NCBI RefSeq assembly: GCF_964355755.1
Contig: NC_092674.1
Coordinates: 19,902,001-19,966,000 of the forward strand
DNA: 64,000 nucleotides
Reading direction: 5' to 3'
Source of the DNA: Antedon mediterranea
Taxonomy: Eukaryota > Animalia > Echinodermata
This document shows, piece after piece, positions 52,122-64,000 of this stretch. Under the pieces are notes generated by a model. That model did not search any database. It saw only the letters and a list, made by a program, of their open reading frames with translations, and was not told the origin of the DNA. Positions within the stretch are counted from its first letter, which is position 1. Each line of letters begins with the position of its first letter. The position numbers were made by a program, and so were the translations under genes.

Positions 52122-55024
52122 GAGGTATATTCAGAGCGTCATTTCGACGATCGAGCATTCTCTACTTCTACGGAGCACCATTTATGCCTTTATTTACTTC
52201 CGAATTAGAAATAGTACTATACGGTAACTGCTCCAGTGGACCAAATTTAGCACCGGTGGAGCAGCACAGTGATATAAAATAGAAATAAGTCACTAATTTT
52301 AATATCTTTTCGTATGTAAATACACTGTGCTCAAGTGGACCCAATTTGGAGCCAGGGGAGCACAATAATATAAAATAGAAATAAATCACTGAATTTTAAT
52401 ATCTTTTCGTATGTTAATACACTGTGCTCAAGTGGACCCAATTTGGAGCCAGGAGAGCACAGTGATATAAAATAGAAATAAGTCAATGATTTTTAGTATC
52501 TTTTCGTATGTTAATACCCTGTGCTCAAGTGGACCCAATTTGGAGGCAGGGGAGCACAGTGATATAAAATAGAAAAAAGTCACTGAATTTGAATATCTTT
52601 TCGTATGTTAATACACTGTGCTCAAGTGGACCCAATTTGGAGACAGGGGAGCACAGTGATATAAAATAGAAAAAAGTCACTGAATTGTAATAATTATCTT
52701 TTCGTATGTTAATACACTGTGCTCAAGTGGACCCAATTTGGAGACAGGGGAGCACAGTGATATAAAATAGAAAAAAGTCACTGAATTGTAATATATTTTC
52801 GTGTTTTAATACACTGTGCTCAAGTGGACCCAATTTGGAGCCAGTGGAGCACAGTGATATAAAATAGAAAAAAAGCAATGAATTTTAGTATCTTTTCGTA
52901 TGTTAATACACTGGGCTCACGTGGACCCAATTTGGCGCGCGCGCCCAATAAGCACACAGTGATATAAATAGAAAAAAAGTCACTCAATTATAATATCTTT
53001 TCGTATTTTAATACACTGTGCTCAAGGTGGACCCAATTTGGCAACAATGGGAGCACAGGGAAATAGTCACATTACAAAAACATCGAGAAAAAATACTTCT
53101 GGAATTAAAAAATATTTCAAACTTGGTATGTATGTTCAATATCGGTTACTCCCTCCGTAAACCAAAAGAAAAAATAGTTTCAAGCCACATCAGTGATTTT
53201 AATAACTTGCGTTTGCTTATAAATAATACTTACGAAAAAACATACAATTCTGACAATAATGATTTTTACAACAAAAAAACCGGTTAGGAATTCGATTTTT
53301 CCCTGTAAATTGACCAACTTAAATTTAAAATATACCAAGAAATATATATTGAAATTAAGGAGTATTTTTGTTTACAAAAGAAATGTTCGTATGTTAAAAC
53401 ACTGTGCTCCAGTGGATCCAATTTGGCGCCAGTGGAGCACAGGGAAATAGTCACATACAAAAACATCAAGAAAAAATACTTCTGGATTTAAAAAATATTT
53501 CAAACTTGGTATATAAGTTCAATATCGGTTACTCCATCCGTAATGCAAAAGAAAAATTAGTTTCAAGCCATATCAGTGATTTTAGTAATTTTCGTTTGTT
53601 TAAAATGTATATTTATGATAGAACATAGAATTCCAACACATTTTTTAAACTTTAAATTTTGATCGTCATCAAATAATTGTCCTACACATTTGAAATTTGG
53701 TAGTATACGTTCAATAGGTTACTACACGTTCAATATGTTACTACATAATTCATATTTTTAACATATGTCTTTTTTTTAATCGCTAAAGTTTAAAAAAATG
53801 TGTTGGAATTGTATGTTCTTTCATAAGTATTTATCTTAGACAAACGCAAGTTATTAAAATCACTAATGTGGCTTGAAACTAATTTTTCTTTTGCATTACG
53901 GATGGAGTAACCGATATTGAACTTATATACCAAGGTTGAAATATTTTTGAATTCGATAAATGCCCCCATTGGTGCCAAAGTGGGTCCACTTGAGCTCAGT
54001 ATATTAACATACGAAAAGATATTAAAATTTAGTGACTTTTTTCTATTTTATATTACTGTGCTCACTGGCGCGCGCGCCAAATTGGGTCCACGTAAGCACA
54101 GTGTATTAACATACGAAAAGATATTAAAATTTAGTGACTTATTTCTATTTTATATCACTGTGCTCCACTGGCTCCAAATTGGGTCCACTTGAGCACAGTG
54201 TATTAACATACGAAACGATATTAAAATTCAGTGACTTATTTCTATTTCATATCACTGTGCTCCACTGGCGCCAAATTAGGTCCACTTGTGCACAGTGTAT
54301 TAACATACGAAAATATATTAACATTCAGTGACTTCTTTCTATTTTATATCACTGTGCTCTCCTGGCTCCAAATTGGGTCCACTTGAGCACAGTGTATTAA
54401 CATACGAAACGATATTAAAATTCAGTGACTTATTTCTATTTCATATCACTGTGCTCCACTGGCGCCAAATTAGGTCCACTTGTGCACAGTGTATTAACAT
54501 ACGAAAATATATTAACATTCAGTGACTTCTTTCTATTTTATATCACTGTGCTCTCCTGGCGCCAAATTGGGTCCACTTGAGCACAGTGTATTAACATACG
54601 AAAAGATATTAAAATTCAGTGACTTATTTCTATTTTATATCACTGTGCTCTCCTGGCTCCAAATTCGGTCCACTTGAGCACAGTGTATTGACATACGAAA
54701 AGATATTAAAATTCAGTGACTTATTTCTATTTTATATCACTGTGCTCCTCACTGGCGCCAAATTGTGTCCACTTGAGCACAGTGTATTAACATACGAAAA
54801 GAATATTAAAATTAGTGACTTATTTCTATTTTATATCACTGCGCTCCACTAGTGCTAAATTTGGTCCACTGGAGCAGTTACCGTAGTACAGTACTATTTC
54901 TAATTTGTAAATAAATAAAGGCATAAATGGCGCTCCGTAGAATTAAAGAATGCCCGATCGTCGAAATGACGCTCTGAATCAAAGATCGTATAGCGCTATA
55001 GTATCTTTGCTCTGAATATACCTC
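52122..55024. mobile_element. Foldback transposon: 2.9-kb quasi-palindrome with 97-bp tandem arrays in both arms
   Basis: AACGGTG|gaggtatattcagagc ... gctctgaatatacctc|AACGGTG. 97-bp units at ~52230-53050, inverted at ~53965-54880. Confidence 0.85.
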
Positions 55025-55366
55025 AACGGTGGACGTGGTGGGTGGTGGTATCTGGGTTCTCCTGAAATTAAATACCAAGCTCTACCGGATCAAATATATA
55101 GTTAGTGACGTATTATGGTTACGTACTTAGGCCTAGCCTAGATTGATTCCGTTTTTGTTGCCCTAACTTTTAGGCCTAGCTAGCCAGACACGTTGTAGTA
55201 AGGCTGGGATCCGTAAGACCGGGATCCGTAAGAGACGGTAAGACTAGGCCTAGGCTAGGCCCCGGCCTAGCCCTAGGCCTAAAGAGTAAGGCTTAAAGGC
55301 CTACTAAAGACTAGCTAAGAGAGGCAAATCAAGTTGCCTATGCTTTTTCTGTAGCTGATTGAATGG

Positions 55367-57608
55367 GGATCCAGTCAAGTCGCCCAATACAAAGTCGCCC
55401 CATCGCAAAGTCGCCCCAAAACAAAGTCGCCCCATCGCAGAGTCGCCCACGGTTTTATTTCGGTATGATGATTATGAAGCGCCGCCGCTAGTAGTATGCT
55501 GTTTTAATCATATCGGTTGCGTTTGATATTGATTGCGTTGTTACTTTGGTCGCGCTAATGCACTTGTCAATTGTATGACTCACTATACGACCCCCGGGAG
55601 AGGTGCGTCATGGGTGCGTCATTTACAAATAATTACTGACGCAGGGGTGCGTCAAAAAACCTAGATGGTACGTCACATCAATGAACAAGGTGTGTCAATG
55701 TCCGTCACTTTACCACCCACCATATCATAAACAACATGGTCACAGTGCGTCAAAATGGGTGCGTCATGGTCACCTAAAGGTAAGTCACCTTTTTGACGTA
55801 CGGGTGCGTCATGGTATTCAAAAGTATGACGCACATCGGACAAATGACGCACCTCTCCCGGGGGTCGTATAGTGGGTCATACAATTGACAAGTGCATAAA
55901 TGTCGTATAGGCCTACATTATAATGTTTATCCTATTATATACATAATTTGTGTTTTAATTTTAATTTTACAGGTTTTAATGGAGTGATGTGCTTTTTAAA
56001 AATCATTAAAAAAATAGTCCCTTTGTCTTTGTTTCAAAGTTCTAAAAAGATTATCCCTGATTTATAGTTGCGAAAATGTTAATTTAATATGATTTTAAAA
56101 TTAGTTACTAGAGCCACAATTACGAATCTTTCTTCAACCTACGCGTGAATACCAGCTCATTTTTTAGGATAATATAATATTAAATGTATAAATACAGTAG
56201 TAGTAGGCCTTCGTATAGATTTACAGTAGTTAAAACAATAACAGTGTTGTAAGACAATGAGTGTTATAGGCTACTTATTGATCATTTTGCATTTATTGAC
56301 AAGTTAGGCTATGCGTCTTAATTTTATAATGACTCAAAATGAAGAAATAAAAAAAAAAAAAGGATTTCATCGCCGATATGATTGTTTTACATGCAAGTAT
56401 TTTAGTAAAATTTAAAACGCTACATTTTGACCATGGAAAAACCATTGTACAGTATCGTGTGCGTGTTTTTTAAAAAGGGGAATCCCCGACGGTCAGCAGA
56501 AAGACGTAGCAGCTGTGAGGAAACAGATAGCAGAAGGCGCAGCTCCGATTGGTTTCAGAGAATGTTTCAGATGGCGAGTCGCCTTTTATTCAACAGCACA
56601 ATGATCATATTACTGAAGAAATTCTTTTCAACCCTTTTGGTTATAGAACATTCTAATTATCATGCCTAATAAATATCCTCATATCGGGTGTTTATTTAAT
56701 TTTATATTAAACAAGACAGTGAAGAGGCACGGAATAATACGTACACGGACGTACGACGAATACACACACGCACGTCATCATTTACGACATATAGTGGTGA
56801 TATGATGCAATTGTATAATGGATATAATGATGGGATTGCCTTTCCAGGCTTACAATCAATGTTCATTGTAATACTATGTATATAATAGTAAACTGAATGT
56901 TTATAAATAAATTGTTTTACGTAATTTGTTGCATATAAAATAAAAGACACAGACGCCGCCTACGTTTCCTGTAAAATATTTCACATTTAAATAATTATGT
57001 ACTGTTAAATGACATTATGCTGGATAATACTATAATCTTAAACTATGTTTACAAATTGTCATTTTTTAAGGCACACATCTTTCTCATCATACTGACCTGT
57101 AAAATAAAAACAAAAATCAATTATTAATATAGGCCTAATAATAATAATAAATATTCATCGACCAAAGTAAAAATAATCTAGATCGTATAACATCATTTTA
57201 TGGCGACCAAAATTAAACGCGACCGATTTCGAACGCGACTGATATCATCGTAAAACTCCGGCGGGGTTTCCCCATCTTCAGATGGTGCGTTGTAGTGCGA
57301 CAACGGCGGAGTAATTACGGGGGTTTCCCTCTGGTAAGCTAGCACATTAGTGCGACCGCGGAGTGATTAGTCGGTGTTTCCTCTCTGATGATGGGGATGC
57401 GTGCCGATCGTGTGACCTGAGACTACACGTTCCGTGTTATTTTGTGCATCATTGCGACATTTTACGCACTTGTAAACTATTTTTTAACGTTTTGGGGCGA
57501 CTTTGTGATGGGGCGACTTTGCGTTGGGGCGACTGTGCGATGGGGCGACTTTGTGATGGGGCGACTGTGTCGGGGCGACTTTGCAATGGGGCGACTTGAC
57601 TAGCATCC
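55367..57608. mobile_element. MULE/MuDR-like non-autonomous element
   Basis: ATTGAATGG|ggatccagtcaagtcgccc ... gggcgacttgactagcatcc|ATTGAATGA (8/9 TSD match), with 17-bp aaagtcgccccatcgca subterminal arrays in inverted orientation. Confidence 0.8.
55559..55896. mobile_element. MITE nested in the MULE-like element
   Basis: TAA|tgcacttgtcaattgtatgac...gtcatacaattgacaagtgca|TAA, ~52-bp TIR, internal GGTGCGTCA repeats. Confidence 0.8.
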
Positions 57609-57699
57609 ATTGAATGATACCGTTTCGACAACTGTTGAAACCAGGGGCACCATTTGAATGGAACAATAACCTACAACTATTGGAATTGAAGAATCCAAA

Positions 57700-58410
57700 C
57701 TCATTATAGTCAGTGAGATCGAGGAAGGTAAGGTGTTAGAATATTCAACAATATGCGACCTACATGTCTTGCTACAGATTAGTCCAAGACGGGTATCGGA
57801 TTCTGGCTGCTTCAGAAGCATTGCGAATGTCCATCTACCATCTCATTCAGCCAAATCACGATATGCTCCAGTTGAAGGTGAAGCGTTGGTGGTCACATAT
57901 GCACTTGAGAAAACATGCTATTTTGTCCTAGGCTGTAATGACCACACTATTGCAGTTGATCATAAGCCTCTATTAAAAATATTTGGTGACAGATCGTTGG
58001 AGGACATTCCGGTACAGATTTCGAATGATTCATATCCCCGGAGCACGTCACCGAGCTGCTGACTCAATCTCTCGACACCCATGCTGCCCTAAGAATGTTC
58101 TTGCACCAGTTCTTACGGACGAGGCCAATATAACCAACCTCAACAACATGGAGACTACCTCACCAGTATTCTGCCTTCGGACCGACTATGTTGACTCAAC
58201 CAGTGAGAGTGTCGATCAACAGTTACTTACCTTCAGCTCTATGGCATTGGACGATCTACAACGTGGGATACAGTCAAGCTGGAGACAAATAGCGACGACA
58301 ACATGGCCAGTCTGCTCACTATAATTGAGTTGGGTATGCCTCACTCACCCCATGAACTGCCTGGTATGCTACGTGAATACTTTTCGATCCGTAAAGACTT
58401 GAGTTCCTTC
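57700..58410 (+). pseudogene. Ty3/Gypsy pol remnant (RNase H to integrase linker)
   Basis: SRYAPVEGEALVVTYALEKTCYFVLGC...VDHKPLLKIFGDRSLEDI, frameshift, then RYRFRMIHIPGARHRAADSISRHP. Confidence 0.85.
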
Positions 58411-58841
58411 CATTCATTCTTCTCTATTTGCTGCTTCTTCTTTTAGTTCCAAATAATATGTATTTTTATTTTTTAATCAGTTTGATTAGCAATATTGCTA
58501 AAGAAAATTTTAAAATGAAATTTTTCCCTGCTGAATAATGTCATCATTAGCCAACCAGAAGTAATTTTTAAGATTTTTTTTAAAAAGGACCTTCAGCGCG
58601 AACTAAATATCAGGTCACACTTTTTTGGCGACATGAAAAAGGGGTGTGTCACCATGAGTTGCAGGTCTATCAAGTACTACCCTTTTCCTTCCTCTTTTTG
58701 TTTTATCTTCATATGCCTTCTGTCACAATTTTCAATAATATACTAATCCTCTTTCTCTAATTATGTTCCCAATCCATTGTTTTTGCTGCTCCGCTATCCT
58801 TGCCTACTTAAACAACAATTTCAACCTTTCCTAAACTTATA

Positions 58842-59138
58842 CCCCTTAACACCGCTGAGCTTATCCTAATTTTATGTAAATTAAATACTATAGTGAGCAG
58901 GGATAGTAAACAAACGGGTAAAGATACGCTGAGTGTTTTACACCGCAATCACAAGTTCATCCCTGGTGCGTCCCGGGTTGACTTGACGCTGAATACATTC
59001 CGCATCACTTACCCAGGTGGTTCAGCAACCCGGGTAACTTTTTACGTCGTTTACACTGGCCTACATTTCCACATTTTTGCGTCCCGGGTACGACTCAGGT
59101 TTATACAATTCTGGATCAATTCCGCGGTGTAAAAGGGG
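58842..59138. mobile_element. MITE
   Basis: ccccttaacaccgc ... gcggtgtaaaagggg inverted ends, internal cccggg repeats. Confidence 0.6.
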
Positions 59139-59290
59139 AATTAGATCCTAAATCTATGAAACCTGAAGATGCTTTGATATTACAGTATTGTAATTATGTT
59201 AATTGTAATTTCTATTGAGACTAATAAGTTAAATTAAATATACAGTAGTCAATATCTGATAATGACTTTTAAACTTTTTATTTGTTTCAG

Positions 59291-59747
59291 ATGGCTGTCA
59301 GACGCTCTCTCGTAAGTGTCTGCAACCTTGGACGAATACCCTATACAAAAGCTTTAAAAATCCAAAAAACAATTCAATCCAATATTAAAAATGGCCTAAA
59401 CCAATCAAATTCTGTACCGGTAAACACGCTATTATTATGTGAGCATAACCCTGTCTATACAATAGGTATTCGGACTAAAGACTACGATTTGAATGAAGAA
59501 GAACGCTTGCTGAAACTTGGAGCTGAATTTCTGCAAACTGATCGTGGTGGTTTGATAACATTTCATGGACCTGGGCAGCTTGTAGCATATCCTATTTTAT
59601 ACCTAGGTGACTTTAAGAAGAGTGTGCGCTGGTATATTTGTGAATTGGAAAAATGTATTATAGAGACATGCCGTAGGTTTGACATTCAAAGCGAAACATC
59701 TCCACATACTGGTGTCTGGGTGAATGATAAGAAAATAGCTGCAATAG
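59291..59747 (+). CDS. LIPT2: Lipoyl(octanoyl) transferase 2 (LipB family), coding exon 1
   Basis: MAVRRSLVSVCNLGRIPY...LLLCEHNPVYTIG...TDRGGLITFHGPGQLVAYPIL...TGVWVNDKKIAAI, donor G|gtcaag. Confidence 0.95.
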
Positions 59748-59865
59748 GTCAAGTACATTGTACCTTAATGTCACAATATATATGAAGTTTATTTTTGTTA
59801 ATCCCTTATTTTTTTTTATTCAATAATTTAAGCCTTATATTTATTTTATTTTAATATTTTTTCAG

Positions 59866-60122
59866 GTGTACAGTGTAAACGCTTTGTAACATGTCACGGA
59901 CTAGCTCTCAATTGCAATACAGATCTTAGTTGGTTTTCCAACATTATACCCTGTGGAATTGAGGGAAAAGATGTAACATCGTTGACTATAGAATCCGGGG
60001 CAGAGGTTACAGTAGAAGATGTTATTCCAAGCTTTGTTGAATCATTTTCATTGCAATTTCAATGCGATGTCAAAGAAATTACTCTTAAAGAACTTACCAA
60101 TCAACTCAATTTTAATTTATAA
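59866..60122 (+). CDS. LIPT2: LIPT2 coding exon 2
   Basis: ttttcag|GT gives GVQCKRFVTCHGLALNCNTDLSWFSNIIPCGIEGKDVTSL...NFNL*, with the catalytic PCG motif. AATAAA overlaps the stop and another lies at ~60167. Confidence 0.93.
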
Positions 60123-60279
60123 TAAAAAAAATATATCTTTCTGCTTTTATTAATATATATTTACTTAATAAAGTACTGTAATGTGAATCTGAAAACATTT
60201 TGCCATTTTCATTTATTTATATTTATTTGTAAAGGTCACATAAATCATTAACGAGCACCTCAAAAGGATAGAACACAAT

Positions 60280-63200
60280 CGTCAGTCCTGATGCACACCA
60301 GATGCCTGAAAGCAAGAGTGTGGCATACCTCCAGATGTTTCAAATTAAATGTGTAGTGCACCTCCTTATTCCTCAAGGGTGTAGCACACCACCAGATACC
60401 TCAAAGCAAGAGTTTAACACATATCCAGGTACCTCAAAGCAAGAGTGTAGCACACCTCCAGATACCTCAAAGCAAGGGTGTATAACACACTTTCAGATGC
60501 ATGGAAGCAATATGTAGTGCACTTCCAAGTTCCTCAAAGCAGGAGATTATACTGTACACACTTTATGCCTCAAAGCAAGAGAGTAGCACATCTCTAGACA
60601 CCAGGGCAATAGTTTAACACACTTTCAGATGCCTCAAAGCAAGAGAGTAGCACATCTCTAGACACCAGGGCAAGAGTTTAATACACTTTCAGATGCCTCA
60701 AAGCAAGAGTGTAGCACATCTCAAGATATCAGAGCAAGAGTTTAACACACTTTCAGATGCCTCAAAGCAAGAGAGTAGCACATCTCTAGACACCAGGGCA
60801 ATAGTTTAACACACTTTCAGATGCCTCAAAGCAAGAGTGTAGCAAATCTCTAGACACCAGAGCAAGAGTTTAACACACTTTCAGATGCCTCAAAGCAAGA
60901 GAGTAGCACATCTCTAGACACCAGGGCAATAGTTTAACCCACTTTCAGATGCCTCAAAGCAAGAGAGTAGCACAGCTGCATCTCTAGACACCAGGGCAAT
61001 AGTTTAACAAACTTTCAGATGCCTCAAAGCAAGAGTGTAGCACATCTCTAGACACCAGGGCAATAGTTTAATACACTTTCAGATGCCTCAAAGCAAGAGT
61101 GTAGCACATCTCTAGATACCAGAGCAAGAGTTTAATACATTTTCAGGTGCCTCAAAGCAAGAGTGTAGCACATCTCAAGATATCGGAGCAAGAGTTTAAC
61201 ACACTTTCAGATGCCTCAAAGCAAGAGTGTAGCACATCTCTAGACACCAGAGCAAGAGTTTAACACACTTTCAGATGCCTCAAAGCAAGAGTGTAGCACA
61301 TCTCAAGATATCAGAGCAAGAGTTTAATACACTTTCAGATGCCTCAAAGCAAGAGTGTAGCACATCTCAAGATATCGGAGCAAGAGTTTAACACACTTTC
61401 AGATGCCTTAAAGCAAGAGAATAGCACATCGCTAGATACCAGAGCAAGAGTTTAACACACTTTCAGATGCCTCAAAGCAAGAGAGTAGCACATCTCTAGA
61501 TACCAGAGCAAGAGTTTAATACACTTTCAGATGCCTCAAAGCAAGAGAGTAGCACATCTCTAGATACCAGAGCAAGAGTTTAACACACTTTCAGATGCCT
61601 GAAAGCAAGAGAGTAGCACATCTCTAGACACCAGAGCAAGAGTTTAATACACTTTCAAATGCCTTAAAGCAAGAGTGTAGCACATCTCAAAATATCAGAG
61701 CAAGAGTTTAACACACTTTCAGATGCCTGAAAGCAAGAGTGTAGCACATCTCTAGACACCAGAACAAGAGTTTCATACACTTTAAGATGCCTCACAGCAA
61801 GAGTGTAGCACATCTCTAGACACCAGAGCAAGAGTTTAACACACTTTCAGATGCCTCAAAGCAAGAGTGTAGCACATCTCAAAATATCAGAGCAAGAGTT
61901 TAATACACTTTCAGATGCCTCAAAGCAAGAGTGTAGCACATCTCAAGATATCAGAGCAAGAGTTTAACACACTTTCAGATGCCTTAAAGCAAGAGTGTAG
62001 CACATCTCTAGACACCAGAACAAGAGTTTAATACACTTTCAGATGCCTCAAAGCAAGAGTGTAGCACATCTCTAGACACCAGAGCAAGAGTTTAACACAC
62101 TTTCAGATGCCTCAAAGCAAGAGTGTAGCACATCTCAAAATATCAGAGCAAGAGTTTAATACACTTTCAGATGCCTCAAAGCAAGAGTGTAGCACATCTC
62201 AAGATATCAGAGCAAGAGTTTAACACACTTTCAGATGCCTTAAAGCAAGAGTTTAGCACATCTCTAGACACCAGAACAAGAGTTTAATACACTTTCAGAT
62301 GCCTCAAAGCAAGAGTGTAGCACATCTCTAGATACCAGAGCAATAGTTTAATACACTTTCAGATGCCTCAAAGCAAGAGAGTAGCACATCTCTAGATACC
62401 AGAGCAAGAGTTTAACACACTTTCAGATGCCTCAAAGCAAGAGTGTAGCACATCTCAAAATATCAGAGCAAGAGTTTAATACACTTTCAGATGCCTCAAA
62501 GCAAGAGTGTAGCACATCTCAAGATATCGGAGCAAGATTTTAACACACTTTCAGATGCCTTAAAGCAAGAGTGTAGCACATCTCTAGATACCAGAGCAAG
62601 AGTTTAATACACTTTCAGATGCCTTAAAGCAAGAGTGTAGCACATCTTTAGACACCAGAGCAAGAGTTTAATACACTTTCAGATGCCTTAAAGCAAGAGT
62701 GTAGCACATCTTTAGATACCAGAGCAAGAGTTTAATACATTTTCAGATGCCTCAAAGCAAGAGTGTAGCACATCTCAAGATATTGGAGCAAGAGTTTAAA
62801 ACACTTTCAGATGCCTTAAAGCAAGAGAATAGCACATCGCTAGATACCAGAGCAAGAGTTTAATACATTTTCAGATGCCTCAAAGCACGAGTGTAGCACA
62901 TCTCAAGATATCGGAGTAAGAGTTTAACACACTTTCAGATGCCTCAAAGCAAGGGTAGCACATCTCTAGACACCAGAGCAAGAGTTTAACACACTTTCAG
63001 ATGCCTCAAAGCAAGAGTGTAGCACATCTCAAGATATCAGAGCAAGAGTTTAATACACTTTCAGATGCCTCAAAGCAAGAGTGTAGCACATCTCAAGATA
63101 TCGGAGCAAGAGTTTAACACACTTTCAGATGCCTTAAAGCAAGAGAATAGCACATCGCTAGATACCAGAGCAAGAGTTTAACACACTTTCAGATGCCTCA

Positions 63201-64000
63201 AAGCAAGAGAGTAGCACATCTCTAGATACCAGAGCAAGAGTTTAATACACTTTCAGATGCCTCAAAGCAAGAGAGTAGCACATCTCTAGATACCAGAGCA
63301 AGAGTTTAACACACTTTCAGATGCCTGAAAGCAAGAGAGTAGCACATCTCTAGACACCAGAGCAAGAGTTTAATACACTTTCAAATGCCTTAAAGCAAGA
63401 GTGTAGCACATCTCAAAATATCAGAGTAAGAGTTTAACACACTTTCAGATGCCTGAAAGCAAGAGTGTAGCACATCTCTAGACACCAGAACAAGAGTTTA
63501 ATACACTTTCAGATGCCTCACAGCAACAGTGTAGCACATCTCTAGACACCAGAGCAAGAGTTTAACACACTTTAAGATGCCTCAAAGCAAGAGTGTAGCA
63601 CATCTCAAAATATCAGAGCAAGAGTTTAATACACTTTCAGATGCCTCAAAGCAAGAGTGTAGCACATCTCAAGATATCAGAGCAAGAGTTTAACACACTT
63701 TCAGATGCCTTAAAGCAAGAGTGTAGCACATCTCTAGACACCAGAACAAGAGTTTAATACACTTTCAGATGCCTCAAAGCAAGAGTGTAGCACATCTCTA
63801 GACACCAGAGCAAGAGTTTAACACACTTTCAGATGCCTCAAAGCAAGAGTGTAGCACATCTCAAAATATCAGAGCAAGAGTTTAATACATTTTCAGATGC
63901 CTCAAAGCAAGAGTGTAGCACATCTCAAGATATCAGAGCAAGAGTTTAACACACTTTCAGATGCCTTAAAGCAAGAGTGTAGCACATCTCTAGACACCAG
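60280..64000. repeat. 64-bp satellite (33+31-bp dimer), runs off the window end
   Basis: Consensus TGCCTCAAAGCAAGAGTGTAGCACATCTCTAGACACCAGAGCAAGAGTTTAACACACTTTCAGA, more than 50 copies. Confidence 0.97.

Noticed and set aside
52168-54852. Cluster of similar short ORFs, or a CRISPR-like 97-bp array
   Set aside because: These are translations of the 97-bp tandem unit in the foldback arms. There are no spacers or protein motifs.
60280-64000. CRISPR-like regular array
   Set aside because: The units repeat in full with no unique spacers, there are no cas genes, and the context is eukaryotic. It is a satellite.

Overview
AT-rich, intron-containing animal genomic DNA, probably from an invertebrate deuterostome (inference; echinoderm-like). 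There are three host genes, all on the + strand. (1) The last two coding exons of an ECT2/pebble-like RhoGEF (218-407, 991-1083), which the ORF track misses. (2) A complete five-exon YAP/Yorkie gene (CDS 9055-37904, about 418 aa) with a TEAD-binding domain, two WW domains, a coiled coil, five HxRxxS sites, a phosphodegron and a C-terminal LTWL. Its 21.7 kb first intron is packed with transposons, and a very long 3' UTR probably follows. (3) A two-coding-exon LIPT2 octanoyltransferase (59291-60122). The rest is mostly mobile DNA: many MITEs, a Sola2-like transposon split by a Deu/Nin-domain tRNA-SINE, an Academ-like element with ~1 kb TIRs, a 2.9 kb foldback palindrome of 97-bp repeats, a MULE-like element, and RTE, L2, Penelope and Gypsy remnants. 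A 64-bp satellite runs off the right end. The most unusual signals are pervasive TACAGTA/TACTGTA insertions that look like Tc1/mariner excision footprints, candidate in-frame micro-splicing at the YAP coiled-coil junction, and ECT2-YAP-LIPT2 linkage. I did not find a clearly new protein-coding system. All coordinates were read by eye and may be off by a few bases.
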